Made by a program: the position numbers and the translations under genes
Notes under the pieces: model-generated
The model's input: only the letters and a program-made list of their open reading frames with translations
The model's database searches: none
What the model was told of the DNA's origin: nothing
Origin: an uncultured virus (IMG/VR IMGVR_UViG_3300027754_000076)
Taxonomy: Duplodnaviria; Heunggongvirae; Uroviricota; Caudoviricetes
DNA length: 64,000 nucleotides
IMG/VR virus record: IMGVR_UViG_3300027754_000076
Direction: 5' to 3' (one strand)
Part shown: piece after piece, positions 17,771-25,707 of the stretch
Layout of the letters: every line of letters begins with the position of its first letter
Numbering within the stretch: the first letter of the stretch is position 1

Positions 17771-18939
17771 GGGTGCCCAAAGTTTTGCTGCTCGGCGGCA
17801 CGGGCTATGTGGGCGATGCGTTCGCGCGCGAACTGTCGCGGCGCGGCTGGGACTCGCGGGTGCTGCGTCGCGCCGACGTGGACTACACACGCTTCGACCG
17901 GCTGCTCGCGGTGCTGCGCGAAGCTCGCTGGGACTTCGTAATCAACTGCGCCGGATACACCGGCAAACCCAATGTGGACGCCTGTGAATCCGCCCCGTCC
18001 GAAACGCTGGTCGGCAACTCGCTGCTGCCGCAGACCGTCGCCCACGCATGTCACGCGGCGGGTGTCGCGTGGGGGCACGTCTCGTCCGGCTGCATCTACA
18101 AGGGGGCGAAGGTCGTCGAGAGTAGCGGCATCCGCATCGAACCCGATCTCACCACGCCGTCCTTCCGCGCGCTGATGGATGGCGACCGGTCCGCGATCCG
18201 CGGCTTCACCGAGACCGACGAGCCGAACTTCTCCTTCCGTCAGGGCGCGTGCAGTTTTTACAGCGGCACCAAGGCGCTCGGCGAAGAGGCGTTGCGCGGC
18301 CTCGACGGCTACCTCTGGCGACTGCGCATCCCGTTTGACGAGGTGGACAACGCGCGCAACTACATCAGCAAGGTCCAGCGCTACGCCAAGGTTTACGACA
18401 ACGTGAACTCGATCTCACACCGCACGGACTTCGTGCGTGCCTGCCTCGACCTCTGGGAGCGCCGCGCGCCCACGGGCATCTACAACGTGGTGAACCCCGG
18501 CTACGTTTCGACGCGCGAAGTCGTCGCCGCGATCCAGCGCGTGCTGAAGCCGTCTCGAAAGTTCGAGTTCTGGGCCGACGACGCGGAGTTTTACCGCGTC
18601 GCCGCGAAGACCCCGCGCTCCAACTGCATCCTCGACACCGCCAAGCTGCTCGCCACCGGCGTGAATATCCGCCCGATGGACGAGGCGCTCGAAGACTCGT
18701 TGCGAAACTGGCAGCCGGAAAGCAAACTCATCTGCGCGTTGAACGCGGCGGGCAGTGGTTCGTGTGCGTCGCCTTGTTCTAAAATTCCGGGAGTGCGACA
18801 CGACCGGAAAACAGGCCAGTATGTGCCAACCATAAACGGCAAAGACACGTCTCCAACATCCTTCGACGAATACGAATCTTTACGCATCGCACAGGCACAA
18901 ATTGCTATTAACACAAAACAACATGACACCCGTGAATAA
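17767..18939 (+). CDS. RmlD-like NAD-dependent sugar-nucleotide reductase/epimerase with a phage-like C-terminal extension
   Basis: GGTGYVG Rossmann motif, INCAGYTGKPNVDACE, YSGTK catalytic YxxxK, PRSNCILD; GC-rich codons to ~18715. Confidence 0.85.
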   Translation: MRVPKVLLLGGTGYVGDAFARELSRRGWDSRVLRRADVDYTRFDRLLAVLREARWDFVINCAGYTGKPNVDACESAPSETLVGNSLLPQTVAHACHAAGVAWGHVSSGCIYKGAKVVESSGIRIEPDLTTPSFRALMDGDRSAIRGFTETDEPNFSFRQGACSFYSGTKALGEEALRGLDGYLWRLRIPFDEVDNARNYISKVQRYAKVYDNVNSISHRTDFVRACLDLWERRAPTGIYNVVNPGYVSTREVVAAIQRVLKPSRKFEFWADDAEFYRVAAKTPRSNCILDTAKLLATGVNIRPMDEALEDSLRNWQPESKLICALNAAGSGSCASPCSKIPGVRHDRKTGQYVPTINGKDTSPTSFDEYESLRIAQAQIAINTKQHDTRE

Positions 18940-19189
18940 AACACCATTAGGCGCATCCGTTGGCATGGATAAACACCCCGACGACCCCGGCATTAACTTC
19001 GACCCGTTGCCGATGCGCTGGCAAGGCAAGGTGGTTGTCTGGTCCGGTATGGTCGGCATGGCGGTAATCATCGCCATCGTCCTTGTGCTGGTGATCCGCT
19101 GGTTTCCTAAATGCGCCACCGTTGGCCTTAGTGCGGCCATCCTTGCGGTTTTCTATCGCATGGTGTGGCTGACGGAGGGCAAACGATGA
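18923..19189 (+). CDS. Two-TM membrane protein
   Basis: Two hydrophobic stretches. Confidence 0.5.
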   Translation: MTPVNKTPLGASVGMDKHPDDPGINFDPLPMRWQGKVVVWSGMVGMAVIIAIVLVLVIRWFPKCATVGLSAAILAVFYRMVWLTEGKR

Positions 19190-19352
19190 GCGCGCACAGT
19201 GCTGGCAAGCTGATTAAGCGCGCCAAGAAATGGGTTGACCCTCTTCGCGTGCGCGGAGCGATTACCGAAATCAAAGAATGCGCGCGGATGTCTGAACCGG
19301 ATGACAGGCCGAAGGTTAAGGGGCGAAGGTTTGCTTATGGGAAGGGGGGAGA

Positions 19353-19538
19353 GTGAAACTGTTCATGGCGACAACGACGGTTAAGGGAAAATTCTTCGTG
19401 GACTGGTTTGAGGCGGAAACTATCGAAGCTGCCAAGGCTCAATGTGACTCCCTAGCCTTAGAGTGCGGCCTGCCGATGGATGAACGGCGCACGGTGGTTT
19501 ATGCGGAGTGTGACCGGGAGACTTTGAAACCGGTATGA
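19353..19538 (+). CDS. Hypothetical protein
   Basis: G-rich RBS; coupled to the methyltransferase. Confidence 0.5.
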   Translation: MKLFMATTTVKGKFFVDWFEAETIEAAKAQCDSLALECGLPMDERRTVVYAECDRETLKPV

Positions 19539-20356
19539 AAACCCATCTTGACCTGTTCAGTGGAATTGGTGGCTTCAAGCTGGCGGCAGAGTGGAACGGG
19601 TTAAAGACAATTGGATTCTGTGAGACTGACGAATATGCAAACACCATCCTCAAAAAACATTGGCCGGAAATCGAAAACTTTGGAGATGTCCGAAACATTG
19701 CCGTTGATATTGGAGAATATCCACAATGCGAATGCTGTGATGATCGGTGGTGCGAAAGGCACCAAGCGCACCTCGGTGAATGCCCGTGCATCACGCCAAT
19801 GGGATGGGAACTCGACAGGGAAAGACCATACCTCATTACCGCTGGATGGCCATGCCAGCCTTTCAGTGTCGCCGGGAAGCAAAGAGGCAGGCATGATGAC
19901 CGTGCGCTCTGGCCTCAAGTGCTTAGAATTGTTGAAGCATTACAACCGAGATTATTTCTTGGCGAAAACGTGCCTGGGATCATAGGTATGGAACTCGACA
20001 CGGTGTTATCTGACTTGGAAGGCGTCGGCTACTCCTGCGGGGCGTTTGATATTCCAGCTTCAGGAATCGGAGCTTATCACAGACGACATCGGGTGTGGGT
20101 GGTTGCCCACTCCTTGCAAGAACGAGGATGCCGCTGGAAGTCCGAAAGGTGTGATGCAAGTGATGCTATCAAATCATCCGTGGATTCGGAAACCTGGCGG
20201 CTTTCTTTCCCCAATGTTCACCGAACAGTTGATGGGATATCCGGCAGGCTGGTCAGAATCGGTGCAATCGGCAACGCCATCGTCCCGCAAATCGCGGCGC
20301 ACTTAATCAAGATGATGATTCAGCACGATACCAACCCTGATGTTCCTACTAACTAA
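19535..20356 (+). CDS. DNA (cytosine-5) methyltransferase, alpha polypeptide
   Basis: DLFSGIGG (I), GWPCQPFS (IV), ENV (VI), HRRHRVW (VIII), GNAIVPQ (X); motif IX not evident in this frame. Confidence 0.92.
   Translation: MKTHLDLFSGIGGFKLAAEWNGLKTIGFCETDEYANTILKKHWPEIENFGDVRNIAVDIGEYPQCECCDDRWCERHQAHLGECPCITPMGWELDRERPYLITAGWPCQPFSVAGKQRGRHDDRALWPQVLRIVEALQPRLFLGENVPGIIGMELDTVLSDLEGVGYSCGAFDIPASGIGAYHRRHRVWVVAHSLQERGCRWKSERCDASDAIKSSVDSETWRLSFPNVHRTVDGISGRLVRIGAIGNAIVPQIAAHLIKMMIQHDTNPDVPTN
20046..20306 (+). CDS. Nested alternative-frame polypeptide supplying C5-MTase motif IX (beta polypeptide)
   Basis: WLPTP...LSPMFTEQLMGYPAGW resembles motif IX; same arrangement as M.EcoHK31I. Confidence 0.6.
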   Translation: MIFQLQESELITDDIGCGWLPTPCKNEDAAGSPKGVMQVMLSNHPWIRKPGGFLSPMFTEQLMGYPAGWSESVQSATPSSRKSRRT

Positions 20357-20370
20357 AACACGATAACCCT

Positions 20371-20649
20371 ATGAAATGCGAATGCAAAGAATGCTACGGA
20401 ACCGGCAAAGTTACATGCGAAGAATGCAACGGCGACGGTTCTATAAAAGTCACCATCGAAAACCTTATGCTTCGTAAAGGAATGAAGAACGAGGATGAAT
20501 TGAGAGAATTGAAAAATGACTTCCACCGCGTAACGCGACAAGCGGAAGCACTTACCAAGCTGCAACCTGAAAGAGCTTCATCCTATCAAGCACAACTCAA
20601 AGCCTGCTTGTCCGTCATCGAAGCGGAAGCGGAAAAACTGATGAAGTGA
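20371..20649 (+). CDS. DnaJ-type zinc-finger small protein
   Basis: CKECYGTGKVTCEECNGDG (CxxCxGxG repeats). Confidence 0.7.
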   Translation: MKCECKECYGTGKVTCEECNGDGSIKVTIENLMLRKGMKNEDELRELKNDFHRVTRQAEALTKLQPERASSYQAQLKACLSVIEAEAEKLMK

Positions 20650-20816
20650 CATGAAATCGCACCCCCTAACCCTCTGGAAAATCGTCCTGCTAACCCATCG
20701 CGGATGGACGTGGACAGTCAACGGACTGAAATCTCCGCGCGGAACCCAGTGGCAAATACGCCAGCAAAACCGTATTTTTTACGCTCAAATAAAATAACCT
20801 TTGACAACCTGTAACT

Positions 20817-21143
20817 TTGAACAACACTAACGCCGTGACCTTTATTGAACACTTCGCACAGACAATCCGCCGCTGGCGGTTATCGCAAAAGCCGATCATG
20901 CTCCAGAAGGATGCCGCCGCTTTCGTGGGTGTGACCCGCAACCGCTGGTGTCTTTGGGAGAACGGACGAACGCCGTCCAAGGAATCAGAATTCATGGTTC
21001 GGACCAAGATAGCCGCTCTGGCAACGCCGACCACTCAGCCAAAAATCTCCACTCAGCCAAAAATCTCCACCCGTGCCGGAACGGAATCCAATCCGACCGC
21101 CTGCATCTCCGCAGCCTCGCAACCACCAACTAAGCGCAAATAA
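20817..21143 (+). CDS. Cro-like HTH protein
   Basis: LQKDAAAFVGVTRNRWCLWENGRTP; TTGACA at 20801. Confidence 0.65.
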   Translation: MNNTNAVTFIEHFAQTIRRWRLSQKPIMLQKDAAAFVGVTRNRWCLWENGRTPSKESEFMVRTKIAALATPTTQPKISTQPKISTRAGTESNPTACISAASQPPTKRK

Positions 21144-21228
21144 GTAGCAACTGACATAACAAGAGGAATCATAAGAAGGTTGTGGCGGATTCGGCACGGG
21201 ACTCTTTTAACAAATCTAACTTCAAAAC

Positions 21229-22248
21229 ATGAGCAACGAACTGACAGTATCAAACGCAAAACAGCTTGGGGATTACCTAGGCAAATCACGGACGGCAATC
21301 GTCAACGCCCTCCCTTCGCACCTGAAGGCCGACCGCATGATCCGGCTGGCGCAAACGTGTTACAGCACCAACGCGGAACTCAAGAAATGCACTCCGCAAA
21401 GCATTCTTTCATCGCTGGTCGTCGCCGCGCAGATTGGCCTTGAGCCAGGTGTAGCGGGTCAGTGCTATCTAATTCCATACAAAGGAACCTGCACGATGGT
21501 TCCGGGCTGGCAGGGGTTGGTCGGACTTCTGAACAACACGGGACGCGCGACGGCATGGACCGGGGCGGTGTTTGAAGGCGACGTGTGGGAATTTGAGTTG
21601 GGCAGCCGTCCGAAGTGCCGTCATCTGCCGGGACCGAACTATGGCGACCCCGATTCTTTGACGTGGGTTTATGCCTGCGGCAAGGTCAACGGTTCGGAAC
21701 AAGAAGTCATCGAAGCGTGGCCCGTGTCGCGCGTGATTAAACACCGGGACCGCTACAACAAGGTCGGGCAACGGCACTATTCGTATGCCAACTTTGAGAT
21801 GTATGCCCGCAAGGTGGTGTTGCTCCAGGTTCTCAAGTATATGCCGCGCAGCATTGAGTTGAACAACGCCATTGTTGCGGCTGATGCGGCGGAAATCGGG
21901 CATACCACGATGGTTGATAACGGCGTGGTAATCGAAATGGAGACGGGCGACGGGCCGGTAACAGATGCACCGTCGTTTCAGGCCGCTCCGGTGACTATGG
22001 CAACTGCAACTGCATCGGCAACGAAATCAAAACCTGACACGGACATTACCAAGACCGTGATTCGGCTTTTGGCATCGGCCAAGCCACCGATTCAGGTTGA
22101 AACGTTCCTCGGTTGGTGGCGAACGGTTGGCGGACCTGAATCCACGGCGAACGCGAAAACCATCGACGAAATTGCGTCCATTTCCAGCCATTCGCTTGAG
22201 GCCATGATTGGCGATTGGGAAAACGCGGTGAAGTCGATAAGGGGATAA
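21229..22248 (+). CDS. recT: RecT-family recombinase
   Basis: LKKCTPQSI..S...AAQIGLEP...GQCYLIPY, GWQGL, EMYARKVVL...KYMPRS. Confidence 0.92.
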   Translation: MSNELTVSNAKQLGDYLGKSRTAIVNALPSHLKADRMIRLAQTCYSTNAELKKCTPQSILSSLVVAAQIGLEPGVAGQCYLIPYKGTCTMVPGWQGLVGLLNNTGRATAWTGAVFEGDVWEFELGSRPKCRHLPGPNYGDPDSLTWVYACGKVNGSEQEVIEAWPVSRVIKHRDRYNKVGQRHYSYANFEMYARKVVLLQVLKYMPRSIELNNAIVAADAAEIGHTTMVDNGVVIEMETGDGPVTDAPSFQAAPVTMATATASATKSKPDTDITKTVIRLLASAKPPIQVETFLGWWRTVGGPESTANAKTIDEIASISSHSLEAMIGDWENAVKSIRG

Positions 22249-22443
22249 GGGTATGAGTCACGAACGAGCAGACGGGAAGTTCCACGAAATGTGTGACGGC
22301 GAATATATTCTTCAAGGAGAACCAAGAATAGAAACAGTGGACACATTTCCGATGGGGCCAATTAAGTTATTGGTTGGGAATTTTAAGTGCAATAAATGCC
22401 AAGGTGTCTTAACCGGACTTGTAACAGATAAAGGGGTAAACCC

Positions 22444-23301
22444 ATGACCACCGACTTCAAAACCCTTATCGGCGTCCACGAAGGAATGCCAGCGGAGCAA
22501 TATCACGCTTTGCCGGGTGCATCCGCGTCAATACTTCGGACGCTGTGGCAAGGCACTCCCGCTCATTTGCGGCTGTATCTGGACAAGCGCGAGGAACCGT
22601 CACCTGCGATGATAGCGGGCACACTGGCGCATCACTACGCACTGGAACCGTTGGCGGAACCGCCGATGATTATCAAGAAACCGGAAACCTACACGGACGA
22701 TAACGGAAATCAGAAGCCGTGGCACGGAGCGTCAAAGGTTTGCAAGACATGGGAGCAAATGAAGAAGGATCAGGGTTTCCAAGTGCTATCATCCACTGAC
22801 TTCGACAACGCCGTGAACGCGGCCAAGGCGTTGTCGGACCATCCGATTACCGGCCCGGTTCTGCGGGACTGCAAAACAGAACTGTCGCTTCTAACTTGGG
22901 ACCAGACCAACGACGTTGGTGTTCGTTGCCGCATGGACATCATCCCGTCGCAACGGTTTGATTTCTTGGCCGATTGCAAATTTACTAACTCAGTGGACGA
23001 CCACCAGTTTCCGCGTCACGCCTACGACATGGGCTATCACATCCAAGCTGCGCTATATCTGTTTGTGTGGAATGCGCTCTGTGGGTCGGAAGATCGTAAG
23101 CGGGGTTTCAAATTCTTCTCCGTGGAATCGAAACCTCCGCATGACGTTAAGGTGTTCGCGTGCTCAGACGAATTCATTGCGAAAGGTTGGGAGGAAGTTT
23201 GTCAACTTCTGCCAGTCTTTGCCAAGTGCTCGCGCGAAAACATCTGGCCTGGTTCGCCCGCGACTGAGGTTGTATGCACGGTGCCGAAGTGGGTGTCCTA
23301 A
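22444..23301 (+). CDS. RecE/exonuclease VIII-like PD-(D/E)XK nuclease
   Basis: QYHA..SAS, GT.AH...LEP, RCRMD, ADCK, YHIQAALY. Confidence 0.88.
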   Translation: MTTDFKTLIGVHEGMPAEQYHALPGASASILRTLWQGTPAHLRLYLDKREEPSPAMIAGTLAHHYALEPLAEPPMIIKKPETYTDDNGNQKPWHGASKVCKTWEQMKKDQGFQVLSSTDFDNAVNAAKALSDHPITGPVLRDCKTELSLLTWDQTNDVGVRCRMDIIPSQRFDFLADCKFTNSVDDHQFPRHAYDMGYHIQAALYLFVWNALCGSEDRKRGFKFFSVESKPPHDVKVFACSDEFIAKGWEEVCQLLPVFAKCSRENIWPGSPATEVVCTVPKWVS

Positions 23302-23382
23302 CGCACATCCTCATCGTAGAACCACTTTGACTATGAAAACTATTGCAAATCCAGAGCGTTGTTCTGTGGCGTCTGGTTCGTG
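23295..23382 (+). other. Degenerate attC-like site 1
   Basis: Begins TCCTAAC (contains the exonuclease stop), ends GTTCGTG; internal AGAAC/GTTCT complementarity. Confidence 0.4.
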
Positions 23383-23635
23383 TCCGTCGTCTTTCTTTTA
23401 CCCTCTTTTTGAACTCATGAGCCGCGAGCATGGACTGACGCTTTTGGAATCGGAACTTGCGGAAATCGTGAGCGTCTCCGAACAACTCGCTGGCGTTCCG
23501 GGAGAACTCGACGGCGGCGACATTCGCGAAGGCTGGATCATGGTAAAGTTGAATGTTTCGCCTGCTGGCTTACGCATTGGGCAACCCGTCCGCGTGATTT
23601 TGCCGAAAGCAAGCTCATCAGCGACCAGACCATGA
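23333..23635 (+). CDS. Cassette-like hypothetical protein
   Basis: Starts inside attC-like site 1 and stops inside site 2. Confidence 0.55.
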   Translation: MKTIANPERCSVASGSCPSSFFYPLFELMSREHGLTLLESELAEIVSVSEQLAGVPGELDGGDIREGWIMVKLNVSPAGLRIGQPVRVILPKASSSATRP

Positions 23636-23693
23636 GTGACGCAAATTGCAATAAGAGCGAAGTGGCCGGGTTCGCTGAAGCGTATGGTTAGGG
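23602..23693 (+). other. attC-like site 2
   Basis: GCCGAAA..CAGCGACC...TTGCAA...GGTTCGCTG..GTTAGGG imperfect palindrome; the bottom strand reads CCTAACCATACGCTTCAGCGAACCCGG, typical of integron attC. Confidence 0.6.
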
Positions 23694-23699
23694 CTTTTT

Positions 23700-23990
23700 A
23701 TGCAAAACGTAACACTCAGAACACACGACGAATCGCAATGCAGCGGCGAACACTGCTGCATCCACAACCCGTCCGACCACCACATGAGGACGTGGCCGCT
23801 GAACTGGCGCGACGATAAGGGCGTGATGGAGCGAATCTGCCCGCACGGTGTCGGCCATCCCGACCCGGACGACGCCGCGCACAATGTCCGAATCGGTCGT
23901 GAACATCTGACGATTCATGGATGCGATGGATGCTGTCGTCCTAACATAAGAATATGCGACGTGACTCGGCAAAAAGACTGTCGGTTGTGA
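23700..23990 (+). CDS. Cys/His-rich cassette-like protein
   Basis: CCIHNPSDHHM...MERICPHGVGHPDPD...HGCDGCC; ends with a TCCTAAC half-site (23939). Confidence 0.7.
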   Translation: MQNVTLRTHDESQCSGEHCCIHNPSDHHMRTWPLNWRDDKGVMERICPHGVGHPDPDDAAHNVRIGREHLTIHGCDGCCRPNIRICDVTRQKDCRL

Positions 23991-24027
23991 TGAAATTCTA
24001 TTTCTGAAGAACTCAAGAAACAAAAAC

Positions 24028-24438
24028 ATGACCTTTACATCAACACCACCGACCACTACTGGGTTCTACGCCTGGAAAGCGCGAGAAGACATAAGCGACG
24101 AAGACGTGCGCGGAAGACGCCTTATCGTCCTAAAGAAATGCACGTTCAAAGGGGTGGTTGACGAACTATCATACGAAGAACCATCAGAGATTAAAGGTCT
24201 CTGGTGCCGACTAGTGCCCGCAGAGGAATTGGAGAAGGCTTACGCGGAAGGACACTATCACTGCTCATCGGAAATCATCGAATCCTACGAACAGTTTCGA
24301 GCTAACCAAGCCGTTGAACTACGCGCCGAGAACGAGAAGCTTCGGCAGGTGGTGGATGATGCTCTGAATTACTGCCTAGGAGACCTTCAGTATAATCACC
24401 AAGACATTGAACATCTTATACAACTTCTAAAGAAATGA
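24028..24438 (+). CDS. Hypothetical protein
   Basis: PTTTGFYAW motif; operon context. Confidence 0.55.
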   Translation: MTFTSTPPTTTGFYAWKAREDISDEDVRGRRLIVLKKCTFKGVVDELSYEEPSEIKGLWCRLVPAEELEKAYAEGHYHCSSEIIESYEQFRANQAVELRAENEKLRQVVDDALNYCLGDLQYNHQDIEHLIQLLKK

Positions 24439-24445
24439 ACAAACA

Positions 24446-24655
24446 ATGACCACCACCGAACACCTCCATCAACTTAGCACCCACACCTTCGACATCGGCA
24501 CGCGCGTAAGGAAAAAGTCCGGCTCACAGTGGGAGGGCTTTGTGTGTGGTTACTACTCCACAAGCCTCACTCCTAATGGCGTGTGTGTCGAATCGTCCAC
24601 ACACAAAGGCAGCGTTCAAATCTATCCGGCGAAGGCGTTGGAGATTGTTAAGTAA
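24446..24655 (+). CDS. dfrB: DfrB/R67-type dihydrofolate reductase homologue
   Basis: [33 protein letters not shown] aligns to R67 DHFR, including the VQIY active-site motif. Confidence 0.88.
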   Translation: MTTTEHLHQLSTHTFDIGTRVRKKSGSQWEGFVCGYYSTSLTPNGVCVESSTHKGSVQIYPAKALEIVK

Positions 24656-24662
24656 AGACCAT

Positions 24663-24917
24663 ATGACCACCACCGAACACCTCGAAAAGATCAAGGCCAA
24701 GTGCCAAGAGCGCATTGATATATGCGAAGGTAGGCTTATATACGCCGAAGCGGGCTGGAAGTCCACCATCGCGGCGATTGAGGGGTTACAGAAAATGTAT
24801 GGCTTACTTGGCGAGCCGGGAATCTCCATTGCCGATGCGGCCATACGATTTGAGTGCAACGTAATCCGTGACGCCATCCTCGCCTCATGGCCGGAGTCAA
24901 CTTTAGCCATCGTGTGA
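24663..24917 (+). CDS. Hypothetical protein (shares its first 21 nt with dfrB)
   Basis: ATG 24663, MTTTEHLEKIKAKC. Confidence 0.65.
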   Translation: MTTTEHLEKIKAKCQERIDICEGRLIYAEAGWKSTIAAIEGLQKMYGLLGEPGISIADAAIRFECNVIRDAILASWPESTLAIV

Positions 24918-25007
24918 TGGCAACCGTCCATAATCCGTTATACTATTGGTCGTAGAACTGGCGGGTTTTGGGCGGGTTAAATTTGAAACACCAAACAAAA
25001 CACAAAC

Positions 25008-25382
25008 ATGAGCAATAAACATCCATTAGAAACAGCACTCGAAGAATTGATTGAAGCCAAGAACCTGCAAGGCCGCGCCCCGGTTGAATTCTGGAAACGC
25101 GCGTCAGCCAGTTTGGAAGCTTACAAAGCCAACCTGCCAACCGAATCTGTTCAAGTTGAATCCAACACCGATGAGTTGAACGACCTCCGCAACATGCGGG
25201 TTGCCGTTGAACGCGCCTTGCGGTGGGCACCACCTGAACCGCCTCAACGCCCCAGCATGGCTTCTGCCGTGGCTCAGGCGGTGGTGCAGTCCTTTGAGGC
25301 GCAAGGACTCCCCACTGGACTTGTTCGGGCACAACAGGTCAGTGCGCCGCGCATGGTGCAGGCGCAGGCGGTGGTTCAATGA
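25008..25382 (+). CDS. Hypothetical protein
   Basis: A-rich leader, clean ORF. Confidence 0.6.
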   Translation: MSNKHPLETALEELIEAKNLQGRAPVEFWKRASASLEAYKANLPTESVQVESNTDELNDLRNMRVAVERALRWAPPEPPQRPSMASAVAQAVVQSFEAQGLPTGLVRAQQVSAPRMVQAQAVVQ

Positions 25383-25407
25383 TAATCGGCGCGGTGAACG
25401 AGAAGTT

Positions 25408-25656
25408 ATGAAAACGACACAAAAAGAACCGATAGAAAATATGGAAGAAATTACCGATGCAATCGAAGAGGCAATGGGCATCCGAACTCATGTGGACATT
25501 AAAAGTCCGCATGACCCTAAGATGGAATTGTCCAAGCAAGCTAAAAACAACGCAAAGCTGATTGAGATTTATAAAACTCCATTTGGAAAAATGTTCGTGG
25601 ACAACTTTTGTGATTTTTCGCGGAATCCAAACATTCGTAATTTGCTAGGAATTTAA
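25408..25656 (+). CDS. Hypothetical protein
   Basis: Last gene before the convergent hairpin. Confidence 0.5.
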   Translation: MKTTQKEPIENMEEITDAIEEAMGIRTHVDIKSPHDPKMELSKQAKNNAKLIEIYKTPFGKMFVDNFCDFSRNPNIRNLLGI

Positions 25657-25672
25657 TGCCTATTCTGAGCCG

Positions 25673-25705
25673 AAGCGCGTCAGGAATCCAAACCTGGCGC
25701 GCTTT
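25673..25705. terminator. Hairpin between convergent operons
   Basis: aagcgcgtcagg...cctggcgcgctt. Confidence 0.6.
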
Positions 25706-25707
25706 GA

